This document shows, piece after piece, positions 26,485 through 35,472 of a DNA stretch of 64,000 bases (position 1 is the stretch's first letter; each line of letters opens with the position of its first letter). The stretch lies in the NCBI GenBank assembly GCA_964562615.1, contig CAZLUD010000001.1:38937-102936 (forward strand), written 5' to 3'. The notes under the pieces are model-generated. The model was given only the letters and a program-made list of their open reading frames with translations, was not told where the DNA came from and did not search any database. This stretch comes from an uncultured Candidatus Saccharibacteria bacterium (GTDB taxonomy: Bacteria; Patescibacteriota; Minisyncoccia; Phycocordibacterales; UBA12088). Made by a program: the position numbers and the translations under genes.

Positions 26485-27606
26485 CTATGATTTCCAGAAC
26501 TTTTTAGCAAAGCGCCAGCCGTATTTTGCGGCAACCAAAAGCACAAATAGGTATAAACACAGCACCACTCCGTAAGCAAGCATGGTCAAAAGTCCAAGTG
26601 TAGCTTTTTGGAATGAGTTGCTGATCTCATTTACAAATTGTTCAAATGAACCTCTCCACGCATCAGCAAGACGCTCTGTGTCAACCAGTGGTCGCTCGTA
26701 TACCGAGACGGTAAAGAAGGTGTACTCAACCCTATCTAATTCTCGGGTCTTTGCTCGCTCAAGCCTATCTATTTCTGCCTCTATCATTAGTTTCTCGTTT
26801 GTTAGGCGTTCGATAAGTTGAATCTTGCTATCAATGATAACCGCGAGACTATCTGGATCATTTGCTTTAGTAGCGATTGACTGTATCTCATTATATGAGG
26901 AGAGAGCACTCGAAAGCGTCTCATCAATAACCTCTAATTTATTAGTAAGTGTAGAAATTGCATCGGTAAAATCTTTTACCTGTTCTTGTATGGTATAGGT
27001 CGACTCTGTAACATCTTCTGGGGTATAGCTATCAAGCAACGCTTTTACTTCTAACGCCTTCTCTTTTTCTACCTTAAATCGATAGTCACATCCCCTATCT
27101 GATTCATTACTACTTTCAAAAATAACGCGAGTGTCACTCTTTAGCGCGTACACAGCATCACACAACACCCCTGATGATGTTGGCGTATACGAATAGAAAA
27201 AATCTTGCACTTCAAATGCTTCTGCGGTATTACCCACAGAAGCACCGTATGGCGGCATTGGTGGCATCACTTCAATCGCTTGTGTTGCATTTCTGGTAGA
27301 AAATGTCGCGTCGCCATATGCAGAAATGTTTACCGGTCTTGCTGATGATCCAGCCCACATTGGTGATTCGCTTTCTATACCATAACCACCGTCTTTGTAT
27401 GAAAATGAATTATCATAATCATCATGGAGAGCAAACGGCATAGATATACCTGCGGAGCGTGAGAAGGTACTCAGTGACGAAAGCACAAGTGACGTCATAA
27501 ATATACCTACTGCTAAAAATGCTACTCCAAGACCAACCACCTTAAGTACACCTATTGGTGTCTTTATCGCGTTTTTTAGAAATTGCATACGTTTGTAGTA
27601 TAGCAT
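26485..27606 (-). CDS. Membrane-anchored coiled-coil protein (N- and C-terminal transmembrane helices)
   Basis: Hydrophobic segments at both ends with a heptad-rich centre. Start uncertain: 27639 is GTG, and ATG codons lie at 27606 and 27588. Confidence 0.4.
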   Translation of the reverse strand: MLYYKRMQFLKNAIKTPIGVLKVVGLGVAFLAVGIFMTSLVLSSLSTFSRSAGISMPFALHDDYDNSFSYKDGGYGIESESPMWAGSSARPVNISAYGDATFSTRNATQAIEVMPPMPPYGASVGNTAEAFEVQDFFYSYTPTSSGVLCDAVYALKSDTRVIFESSNESDRGCDYRFKVEKEKALEVKALLDSYTPEDVTESTYTIQEQVKDFTDAISTLTNKLEVIDETLSSALSSYNEIQSIATKANDPDSLAVIIDSKIQLIERLTNEKLMIEAEIDRLERAKTRELDRVEYTFFTVSVYERPLVDTERLADAWRGSFEQFVNEISNSFQKATLGLLTMLAYGVVLCLYLFVLLVAAKYGWRFAKKFWKS

Positions 27607-27646
27607 TACTTGTTGTAGGCAATAGCAACGTATCCGCACCGAGTTA

Positions 27647-27675
27647 TTGACAAAGTTATTAAAGCGTTCTATTAT
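27647..27675 (+). promoter_or_regulatory. Sigma70-like promoter TTGACA-17 nt-TATTAT upstream of the DEAD-box helicase gene
   Basis: Consensus -35 and near-consensus -10 hexamers with a 17 nt spacer. The implied 5' UTR is about 110 nt. Confidence 0.5.
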
Positions 27676-27790
27676 ATACGCAAGCTTTTGACTAACGTGT
27701 AGGGCTCTCTAGCTTATGGAGTTGATTCTATATCGCTCCTCATTATACCTGCACAGCCCTAACACAACCCCATACGGGGATTAATCCATC

Positions 27791-29071
27791 ATGTATTCAC
27801 CATCATCTAGCAGCCACAGGGGTGGCAAGCCTCGCAGTAACGCTCATACCAGTCATCGTCGCGCGCCTCATGGTGCGGGCGCTCCATATCGTGGAGGCAA
27901 CTCATCACGACCCTCTCGAGGGCGCGGTGGTAACCGCGGTGGCGGAAGAAAAATGCCGACATTTGACCCAACACGATTTATAAATACCAACCCAGCAACA
28001 GTAGAAGAGGTGGTGTACACGCACACGCACACATTTAGCACCTTTGGTCTTGATACGCGCCTTTCTAGCATCATAGAAGCAAGTGGTATCACTATCCCTA
28101 CCCCAATTCAGGATCAAATAATTCCTCATATTATCAAGGGGCATGATGTAGTAGGTATAGCCGAAACAGGAACAGGCAAAACCGCTGCGTTTCTTGTGCC
28201 GCTTATTGAGCGAACTATCAAAAAAGAAATACGCCAAACACTTATTCTTGCACCAACACGCGAGCTTGCTGTACAAATAGAAACCGAGCTTCGTACCCTA
28301 TCGAAAGGCCTTCACGTGTACTCAACTATTGTGGTGGGCGGTATGAGCATTGGCCCACAGATTCGCTCACTACGTGGTATCAACCACTTTATCATTGGTA
28401 CACCAGGGCGAGTCCTTGATCTTATTGAAAGAGGCAATATACAACCACGACACATGTCGGCGGTAGTACTTGATGAAGCAGATCGAATGCTCGACATGGG
28501 CTTTATTAACGACATGAGAACAATCATTTCTGCAATGCCAAAGGAGCGCCAAACGCTATTCTTCTCGGCTACTATGTCTGACAAAACAGATTCACTCGTA
28601 AGAGAATTTTTGCACAAGCCAATTACTGTCTCTGTAAAGAAGCAAGATGTGATTAGCACCATCGAGCAAACCATAGTGAAGTATGACGCACACAGCAAAT
28701 TTGAAACCCTACGCGCACTCTTTAATGACGCATCATTTTCTCGAGTGATCATCTTCGGTTCTATGAAGCACAGTGTAGAAGCACTTTCAAAGCAACTCAC
28801 TGAAGTGGGGGTTCCTTCGGAGTCTATTCACGGCAACAAGAATCACACCCAACGCCAACGCGCACTCTCAAGCTTTAAAAATGGCACGGTAAAGGTATTG
28901 GTTGCAACTGATGTTGCAGCTCGTGGTATTCACGTTAATGATGTATCGCATGTTATTAACTACGACCTACCACAAACATTTGAGGACTATGTGCACCGCA
29001 TTGGACGCACCGGTAGAGGTAAAAAACGAGGTAAGGCAATATCATTTGTGCCGTTTACCCATCGGTACTAA
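27791..29071 (+). CDS. DEAD-box ATP-dependent RNA helicase with an N-terminal Arg/Gly-rich tail
   Basis: Q-motif region, AETGTGKT, PTRELA, DEAD (VLDEADRMLDMGF), SAT and HRIGRTGR. The first ~55 aa are rich in R, G and S. Confidence 0.85.
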   Translation: MYSPSSSSHRGGKPRSNAHTSHRRAPHGAGAPYRGGNSSRPSRGRGGNRGGGRKMPTFDPTRFINTNPATVEEVVYTHTHTFSTFGLDTRLSSIIEASGITIPTPIQDQIIPHIIKGHDVVGIAETGTGKTAAFLVPLIERTIKKEIRQTLILAPTRELAVQIETELRTLSKGLHVYSTIVVGGMSIGPQIRSLRGINHFIIGTPGRVLDLIERGNIQPRHMSAVVLDEADRMLDMGFINDMRTIISAMPKERQTLFFSATMSDKTDSLVREFLHKPITVSVKKQDVISTIEQTIVKYDAHSKFETLRALFNDASFSRVIIFGSMKHSVEALSKQLTEVGVPSESIHGNKNHTQRQRALSSFKNGTVKVLVATDVAARGIHVNDVSHVINYDLPQTFEDYVHRIGRTGRGKKRGKAISFVPFTHRY

Positions 29072-29092
29072 CGGATACTAATGCTACTATCA

Positions 29093-29126
29093 AAAAGCCC
29101 CGAGTCTTTATGACTCGGGGCTTTTT
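29093..29126. terminator. Bidirectional rho-independent terminator between the convergent helicase and typA genes
   Basis: aaaa-gccccgagtc-tttat-gactcggggc-ttttt: a 10 bp GC-rich stem flanked by an A-tract and a T-tract. Confidence 0.65.
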
Positions 29127-29155
29127 GATAACCATAACCACACCTAGCATTGCTC

Positions 29156-30955
29156 CTAGCTTTTAGATTTATTTTTTGATCGCTCACTCTCCTTCAAAAA
29201 TCTTTTTCGTAGACGAACTGACTTTGGTGTTACCTCTAGAAGCTCATCATCTGCCATTATTTCAAGACCGATTTCAATGGTAAGTGTTAGTGGTGGCACA
29301 AGATCAAGCGCTTCATCAGAACCTGATGCGCGTACGTTGGTAAGCTGCTTACCCTTAGTTGGATTTACTGCCATCTCTTCACCCTTTGAGGTGTTTCCGA
29401 TTACCATACCTTCATATACCTCGGTAGCAGGGCCAATGTAGAGCGTGCCTCTATCTTGTAGATTCCAAAGAGAAAATCCAAGTGCCTTTCCGGTAGCCAT
29501 AGAGATCATAGAGCCAACAAATCGCTTCTTTACTTCTCCTGCATATGGCTTAAAGCCAATAAATCGAGAACACAAAATACCCTCACCTTTAGTATCAACA
29601 ATAAATTGGTTTCGGTAACCAAGGATTCCACGAGTTGGTCCTTCAAATATAAGTCGCACGGTATTTCCCTCTGGGATCATGTTTTGCATGATAAACAATC
29701 GCTGAGAGAGCTTTTCGATAATTGCTCCTTGAAAGGCAACCGGAGTATCAACTATGACTTCTTCAAATGGTTCCTTTTTTCCATCAGCATCTTCATGGAA
29801 GATTACCTGGGGCTGCGACACCGCAAGCTCGTACCCTTCACGGCGCATGTTTTCAAGCAAAATCGAAATATGCATTTCTCCGCGTCCATATACCTTGAAA
29901 AAGTTTCCATCTGAAAAATCAACTTGTAGTCCTACGTTTATCTCAAGCTCTCGTTCTAGTCGAGCCTTTATCTCTCTACTGGTAACAAATTTGCCTTCCT
30001 TACCGGCAAATGGTGAGGCGTTAGGCATAAACTCAAGTGCAATGGTAGGTTCATCAATAGCAATTGCTGGGAGTGGCTCAGCTCGCTCGTCTGTGGTAAG
30101 CGTGTCGCCAATGTTGATATCAGGAAAGCCGGCAACAAGAACAATGTCGCCCGCATATGCTTCGGTTACTACCTCTTTTGAAAGACCAACAAAGGTAGAG
30201 AGCTTAATTACTTTTCCACGTCGTGGCGCGCTTCCTTGTTGTAGCAAAAAGAGGTTAGCCCCATCTTTAATACATCCCTCATACACACGAGCAATCGCAA
30301 GTCTGCCGGTAAAGTTATCGTATCCAAGGTTAAATACCTGCGCACGAAGCACGTCACCCTCTGTGTATGCCTTTGCAGGTGGTACCTCTTCAAGAATAGT
30401 ATCAAGGAGAGGAGTTAGGTCAGTCGCAGTGTCTTCAAGTTTTCGCTTTGCGACGCCCTCTCTACCAATTGCATATACCACTTTAAAATTTGCCTGTTCA
30501 TCACTAGCGCCTAGTTCAAGAAACAACTCAAGCACCTGCTCCTCACATCGATGTGGGTCTGCGGCAGGTTTGTCGATTTTGTTAATTACTACGATAGGCT
30601 TGAGTCCTAGCTCAAGAGATTTTTTTAGCACAAAACGAGTTTGTGGCATTGGGCCTTCCTGCGCATCTACCACAAGAAGAACAGAGTCAATCGAGCGTAG
30701 CACTCGCTCTACTTCTGATCCAAAGTCGGCGTGTCCAGGCGTGTCTACGATATTAAGCTTTGTACCCTTGTATGAAAGAGAGGCATTTTTAGCATAGATA
30801 GTAATACCCCGCTCTTGTTCGAGCGCATTAGAATCCATGGTGATTGTGTCATCAGTCACCGCACCCGTTTGACGCATAAGCGCATCGGTAAGGGTGGTTT
30901 TGCCGTGGTCTACGTGTGCGATTATAGCTATGTTGCGTGTTTCTGTGTGTTGCAT
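29156..30955 (-). CDS. typA: Translational GTPase TypA/BipA
   Basis: IIAHVDHGKTTL G1 motif, DTPGHADF, NKIDK, and EF-G-like domains III-V plus a C-terminal domain. Confidence 0.9.
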   Translation of the reverse strand: MQHTETRNIAIIAHVDHGKTTLTDALMRQTGAVTDDTITMDSNALEQERGITIYAKNASLSYKGTKLNIVDTPGHADFGSEVERVLRSIDSVLLVVDAQEGPMPQTRFVLKKSLELGLKPIVVINKIDKPAADPHRCEEQVLELFLELGASDEQANFKVVYAIGREGVAKRKLEDTATDLTPLLDTILEEVPPAKAYTEGDVLRAQVFNLGYDNFTGRLAIARVYEGCIKDGANLFLLQQGSAPRRGKVIKLSTFVGLSKEVVTEAYAGDIVLVAGFPDINIGDTLTTDERAEPLPAIAIDEPTIALEFMPNASPFAGKEGKFVTSREIKARLERELEINVGLQVDFSDGNFFKVYGRGEMHISILLENMRREGYELAVSQPQVIFHEDADGKKEPFEEVIVDTPVAFQGAIIEKLSQRLFIMQNMIPEGNTVRLIFEGPTRGILGYRNQFIVDTKGEGILCSRFIGFKPYAGEVKKRFVGSMISMATGKALGFSLWNLQDRGTLYIGPATEVYEGMVIGNTSKGEEMAVNPTKGKQLTNVRASGSDEALDLVPPLTLTIEIGLEIMADDELLEVTPKSVRLRKRFLKESERSKNKSKS

Positions 30956-31033
30956 AAAAAAATGCGCGCATTCGCGCCACCAAACAATACATTACTTTTG
31001 CGAGTTTATCAATAGTATGCGCCGAGGTGTAAA

Positions 31034-31064
31034 TGCAAAAGGCCGCGAGCTTACGCTCGCGGCC
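31034..31064 (-). terminator. Rho-independent terminator downstream of the 31080..31610 gene
   Basis: 10 bp GC stem ggccgcgagc/gctcgcggcc with a 4 nt loop, followed on the minus strand by TTTTGCATTT. Confidence 0.5.
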
Positions 31065-31079
31065 TTCGGTGAGAGATAC

Positions 31080-31610
31080 TCACCTGGGGAGGTAATTCCC
31101 CGTAGTGTTGATCAGGTGATCGAATTGTGTATATTCTCTTTCGGGCCCTATACAGTCACACAACCTTTTGACCCCCTGAACGAGAGTTTTTTTCTCCTCA
31201 GCAGAAAAATCGTTGTACTTAATATAGTCGCAAACTCGATTCAGAATATTCTGAATCGATCCTCTTATATTCGACGGCTCACTTATGTGAGCCTCCCCGT
31301 CATGACCCTCCAATGAGGGGTGCGACACGTATGTCCCACCCAATGGAAGGAAGACCTTGACCCATATTTGAACGTACTTTGTGTGCGGCGAGACCCTCGC
31401 CTTTACCCTCACCTTACCATAATCCCCAGACAACTCATGCACGACATGGTGCAAAAAATCGAAGGGGCAGGAATTCTCATCGCAAAAGTCGAACTTTCGT
31501 GATGAGAACAGCTTCTGGGAAGGAAGGGTCGCGTTGATCATAGACATGATTCTTCTCCACCCCAATCTCGCATCAGCGTAGACGGGGTACCGGTTAGGCA
31601 AAGGCACCAT
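31080..31610 (-). CDS. Hypothetical protein (176 aa)
   Basis: ORF track; no family recognised. The start codon lies in the loop of a small hairpin. Possibly the C-terminal half of a gene split by the upstream 321 bp insert (see findings). Confidence 0.4.
   Translation of the reverse strand: MVPLPNRYPVYADARLGWRRIMSMINATLPSQKLFSSRKFDFCDENSCPFDFLHHVVHELSGDYGKVRVKARVSPHTKYVQIWVKVFLPLGGTYVSHPSLEGHDGEAHISEPSNIRGSIQNILNRVCDYIKYNDFSAEEKKTLVQGVKRLCDCIGPEREYTQFDHLINTTGNYLPR
31237..31258. repeat. 22 bp perfect palindrome cgattcagaatattctgaatcg inside the 31080..31610 CDS
   Basis: Read directly. It produces mirrored peptides (SIQNILNR) in ORFs on both strands. Confidence 0.6.
31579..31591. repeat. 13 bp direct repeat tagacggggtacc, copy 1 (second copy at 31913-31925)
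   Basis: Exact match read from the sequence. Both copies encode YPV in the flanking ORFs. Confidence 0.6.
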
Positions 31611-31714
31611 GCTCTTTGCCTTTCATCAAGGTCAAGGCCCTGATATCCGCTTCCAAACATTGCGGCGAGAGAGGGCCGAGGGAGACGCGCCGCAGCGCAC
31701 AAATGAAGGTATCC

Positions 31715-31767
31715 CTCACCACCTTCTATCAAAGGACTTATTAAGCCATCTCATAGAAGGTGGTGAG
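31715..31767 (-). promoter_or_regulatory. Long hairpin (15 bp perfect stem ctcaccaccttctat/atagaaggtggtgag, 23 nt loop) in the putative leader of the 31080..31610 gene
   Basis: Perfect inverted repeat read from the sequence, downstream of the minus-strand promoter-like element. Confidence 0.4.
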
Positions 31768-31802
31768 TATGTAGTTGTCGAGTAGCAACCTAAACTAGAT
31801 AT

Positions 31803-31831
31803 ATAATAGCACATTATATGCTCTATGTCAA
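31803..31831 (-). promoter_or_regulatory. Sigma70-like promoter (TTGACA-17 nt-TATTAT on the minus strand)
   Basis: Reverse complement reads aagcTTGACAtagagcatataatgtgcTATTATatatc. It would yield a ~185 nt structured leader before the 31610 start. Confidence 0.45.
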
Positions 31832-31872
31832 GCTTACCAGGAATGTTCAAATGCCCTGCAGGTTGGGTTTGT

Positions 31873-31903
31873 AAAAAAATACCCGCTAGTCGAAACTAGC
31901 GGG
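31873..31903 (-). terminator. Rho-independent terminator of the 31912..32673 gene
   Basis: 9 bp stem cccgctagt/actagcggg with a 4 nt loop, followed on the minus strand by TATTTTTTT. Confidence 0.55.
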
Positions 31904-31911
31904 CGGCTCGA

Positions 31912-32673
31912 TTAGACGGGGTACCCTAAGCTCTTCCGAGCAGCAATAAGAACGTTGTATATTTTTTCTTCCAATTCTGGCGATAGGTTGATGACATGGT
32001 TAGAACATAGTTGCAGTTTGTCATTAAGCATAACAAGTCTGTACGTAATGCGAAGTGTTCCATTATTAAACTCGAGAAGAACGACAGGGTGAAAAAACCC
32101 GTTATTTACGTCCACTCCATACAAGACTTTTGTTCCCAGCCCAAAAGGATCTTCCTGTGCACCATTTTCTTTTGTTGCATTTTCAAAAACACTACGCAAA
32201 TTGTCGAGTATTTTCTGTCTTGTACCATTCAATTTGCCTTCGGCGCATTGTCTGGTATACCAATGCAGGTCCCCCAAATCCAATACGTTACGTAATGCAT
32301 TGAAGACATTAACAAGTTCTGTAGTATTACTTGGATCTTCAACGAACCCTTCCAGGTGCTTGGTTATGTTATCCACTGATATGCGTACCGCACGTCTGCA
32401 AAAGAGACTTTCAAGGTACAAAGCCGGAATAAGTATTCCCGGAAGTAGTAGTGTTTTCAAATCACCTAAATAATTGTAGATAGCGATTCCACCTATAGAA
32501 AGCATAATGATTGCAAGAATCAATAGACCTCTTGCTAGAGGCCTGTCCCGTAGATGCATGGTTTCTACTTTGTGCATTTGCTCATCAAGTTCTAAGAGAC
32601 GGGTGATTTGTTTAGAGTCAAACATCTTCCACACTCCACTCACACCTCCCCATGAGGTGTTTTCTGGTAGCAA
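31912..32673 (-). CDS. Hypothetical membrane-anchored protein (253 aa)
   Basis: ORF track. One N-terminal transmembrane helix (LLILAIIMLSIGGIAIYNYL). The last codons overlap the second copy of the 13 bp repeat. Confidence 0.45.
   Translation of the reverse strand: MLPENTSWGGVSGVWKMFDSKQITRLLELDEQMHKVETMHLRDRPLARGLLILAIIMLSIGGIAIYNYLGDLKTLLLPGILIPALYLESLFCRRAVRISVDNITKHLEGFVEDPSNTTELVNVFNALRNVLDLGDLHWYTRQCAEGKLNGTRQKILDNLRSVFENATKENGAQEDPFGLGTKVLYGVDVNNGFFHPVVLLEFNNGTLRITYRLVMLNDKLQLCSNHVINLSPELEEKIYNVLIAARKSLGYPV
31913..31925. repeat. 13 bp direct repeat tagacggggtacc, copy 2
   Basis: Exact match to 31579-31591. Confidence 0.6.
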
Positions 32674-32695
32674 TGTACATTGATTACTTGCCTAG

Positions 32696-33961
32696 TCAAG
32701 ATTGCTGAGGCGTAGCCACCTGACTCCCTGCAACATAACCCGTAGTCCAACATAGCTGTAGCGAATAGCCACCCGATGGGCGGTTAATATGAAGCAAATC
32801 GCCAGTAACAAAAAGATTTTCTACCTTTTTTGACTGCATGGTTCGCATGTCTATTTCAGACAATACTACTCCCCCATCTGCAATTACTGCCCTATCAAAA
32901 CCCATAAGTCCATGGATACTCATTGGTAGCGCCTTGAGTAAACGAGTAATGGTTTTTCTATCTTCTTTACTTACAGAATGCACTCTGTTGCTTATATCAA
33001 CCACACCTTCAAGAAGTATTTCAATCCCCTTCACGGTACCTGCTGGTACAATATCTTTGAGTACGGTTCGTAGTGTTTTGTTTTTATTTGCATCGAAGAC
33101 ACTGATTATTCGCTTCTCAAGCGCTCCTAAGTCAGTATCTGGATACGCATCAATAGTAGCGGTTACCGCACCGGTGTGGAGTAGGTCTGCAACAGCAACC
33201 GCACTATTTAAAATGAGTGGACCTGATATTCCAAAATGGGTAAACAACAATTTTCCTGTTTTACTGAATGCCTTTTTGCCTTCAATAAAAAAGGTGATTT
33301 TCATAAAAGAAAGCGACACCCCTGCAAGCTTTTTACTCCATGGCTCCTTTGTCGCAAGCGGTACTATGGTGGGGGTTGGCTTTTGTACGGTGTGCCCAAG
33401 TGCTTTTAAAAATGCATATCCGTCTCCCGTTGATCCAGTCTCAGGATGCGATACCCCACCGGTAGCAAGGATATACTGTGATGCGGTATAGGTCGCCTTT
33501 CCGGCAACCACATGGGTAATACGTCCGTTCTCGTGCGCAATACTAGTTATTGGAGTACCAGTCTGTATCTCTACATTGCCCTTTTTTGCATACGCCGCAA
33601 GCACCTCAACCACATCATGTGCCTTTTGTGATTTAGGAAAAGCTCTCTTTCTTGCCTCAACCACAATCGGAAGTCCCTGTGACTCAAAAAAGTGGCACGT
33701 ATCCTTCATGCCAAATTGTGAAAATGGTGAATACAAAAATTGCTCTGCAGCACCATAGTGAGAAAGGAGGATTCGTTCATCTTCTTCTGCATTTGTGATA
33801 TTGCACCTACCCCCACCGGTAATACTAAGTTTCTCACCTACTTTTTTGTTTTTTTCTAAGAGAAGCACCGAGAGTCCTCGCTCGCCGGCGCGCCCTGCTG
33901 CCATAAGACCAGACGCGCCTCCCCCGATTACAATCACGTCGTACTTCTTACTCATCGTCAT
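32696..33961 (-). CDS. HI0933-family flavoprotein (BaiN/aminoacetone-oxidase-like NAD(FAD) dehydrogenase)
   Basis: YDVIVIGGGASGLMAAGRAGERGLSVLLLEKN dinucleotide-binding fold and the GGGRCNITN motif typical of HI0933-like proteins. Confidence 0.75.
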   Translation of the reverse strand: MTMSKKYDVIVIGGGASGLMAAGRAGERGLSVLLLEKNKKVGEKLSITGGGRCNITNAEEDERILLSHYGAAEQFLYSPFSQFGMKDTCHFFESQGLPIVVEARKRAFPKSQKAHDVVEVLAAYAKKGNVEIQTGTPITSIAHENGRITHVVAGKATYTASQYILATGGVSHPETGSTGDGYAFLKALGHTVQKPTPTIVPLATKEPWSKKLAGVSLSFMKITFFIEGKKAFSKTGKLLFTHFGISGPLILNSAVAVADLLHTGAVTATIDAYPDTDLGALEKRIISVFDANKNKTLRTVLKDIVPAGTVKGIEILLEGVVDISNRVHSVSKEDRKTITRLLKALPMSIHGLMGFDRAVIADGGVVLSEIDMRTMQSKKVENLFVTGDLLHINRPSGGYSLQLCWTTGYVAGSQVATPQQS

Positions 33962-33981
33962 ACAATAATTCTAACAGATTG

Positions 33982-35442
33982 CTACTTAGAAAGATCAAGT
34001 ATTTCATCAATACGTATCTGCTCTACAAATTCTGGTACGTGCGATACCAGTATCATCGCTCCCTTGTATGCATCAAGCGCCTTAGCAATAACCGGTAGAT
34101 GTCTAAAGTTTATGTGGTTTGTTGGCTCATCAAGAATAAGTAGCCCCGGCTTTTCAAGTACAAGCCGAGCAAATGCCACTAGCCCCTTTTGCCCTTCAGA
34201 GAGGCGTCCAATCTTAGTCTTGATCATCTCTGCATCAATCAAAAATCCTGCCGCGGTAGCACGCAGGCGCTCTTCAATCTTTTGATCCATCACTTCAAGG
34301 AGAGATTCAAGTACGGTATGTTCAAAATTAAGCGTAGAAAAATCCTGCCGATAGTAACCAATGCGCAGATCTCGCTCTAGCTCTACACCTTTTGCGGTGC
34401 CATTTGCAATACTCTCAAGCAAGGTACTCTTACCTATACCATTAGGACCACTAAGCAGTAGGTGTTTGTTTTTATTGAGTGATATATCAACGTTGTGCGT
34501 CACCACTTTGTGGTTTTTCATGGTACTTAGTGAGGTGATGTGTACCAACTTTCCTGAAAGCTCTTCTTGATGCGGGATGGTAAAAGGGCGAATAGTCTTA
34601 TCCTCCTTTCGTACCTCAACCATATCCTCTTCCATCTGCTCGGCCTTTTCGCGCATGCGCTTGGCTAGTAGTCGCATCTGTCCTCCTTTATTTGCAAAAA
34701 AGTTTGCTTTATCTTTATTTTCTTGCGCGGCCTTTGCAAGCTGGGCATTTTTTCTATTTTCTTTTTCGATTCGTGCGCTAATGTCTCTAAGTACATCTGT
34801 ATAGTTACCCGCGTATTGCTCTATCTTTTTGGTGCGTACATCAAGATACAAGACGCCTTCAGTAAAGGCATTAAGAAACTCAGTATCGTGCGAGATAACA
34901 ATAATCGATTTTTTATAGTTTTTGAGAAAGTCAGTGAGATGCGCAATACCCGCCTTATCAAGATTGTTAGTTGGCTCATCAAGAAGAAGAAGGTCTGGTT
35001 CTTGAATAAGCGCTGATGCCAAGAGTAAGCGTGCTTGCTGTCCACCAGAAAAGGTATTCATGATTCTGTCATGCACCTTTTCGTGCCCCTTCAGGTGTAC
35101 TACCTCAAGTACCTCATCGATTCGGGGATCAATGTCATGTACTTTCTTAGGAAAACATTTCTGAAAAAACTCTCTCACCGAGAGGGTAAGCTCATCTCGA
35201 GGTATCACCTGTCGCGATAGTGCTATAGATAATCCGTGAGAAATATTTATTTTACCCTCTTCAGGAGTGTGGGTACCCATCATAAGGGAGAAGATGGTAC
35301 TCTTTCCTGCGCCGTTTTGCCCCATGAGCGCAAGCTTTATACCTCTTCGCACTGAAAAATCCACCACATCTAAAATGGGCTTGTTGTGTCCAAACTCAAA
35401 TGACACTTTTTCAAATGAAAGAATTGCTTCTGCTTTCGACAT
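33982..35442 (-). CDS. ABC-F family ATPase (tandem ABC cassettes, no transmembrane domain; Uup/EttA-like)
   Basis: Two Walker A motifs (GQNGAGKST and GPNGIGKST) and two LSGG signatures (FSGGQQARL and LSEGQKGLV), with a charged linker between them. Confidence 0.8.
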   Translation of the reverse strand: MSKAEAILSFEKVSFEFGHNKPILDVVDFSVRRGIKLALMGQNGAGKSTIFSLMMGTHTPEEGKINISHGLSIALSRQVIPRDELTLSVREFFQKCFPKKVHDIDPRIDEVLEVVHLKGHEKVHDRIMNTFSGGQQARLLLASALIQEPDLLLLDEPTNNLDKAGIAHLTDFLKNYKKSIIVISHDTEFLNAFTEGVLYLDVRTKKIEQYAGNYTDVLRDISARIEKENRKNAQLAKAAQENKDKANFFANKGGQMRLLAKRMREKAEQMEEDMVEVRKEDKTIRPFTIPHQEELSGKLVHITSLSTMKNHKVVTHNVDISLNKNKHLLLSGPNGIGKSTLLESIANGTAKGVELERDLRIGYYRQDFSTLNFEHTVLESLLEVMDQKIEERLRATAAGFLIDAEMIKTKIGRLSEGQKGLVAFARLVLEKPGLLILDEPTNHINFRHLPVIAKALDAYKGAMILVSHVPEFVEQIRIDEILDLSK

Positions 35443-35472
35443 ATATGTGTACCCTAGCTACGCCGTTGCGAT

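Noticed and set aside
31538-31732. 64 aa minus-strand ORF in the GC-rich part of the 321 bp spacer
   Set aside because: It overlaps the start of ORF 31080-31610 in another frame and sits in a hairpin-rich leader, so it is more likely RNA structure than protein.
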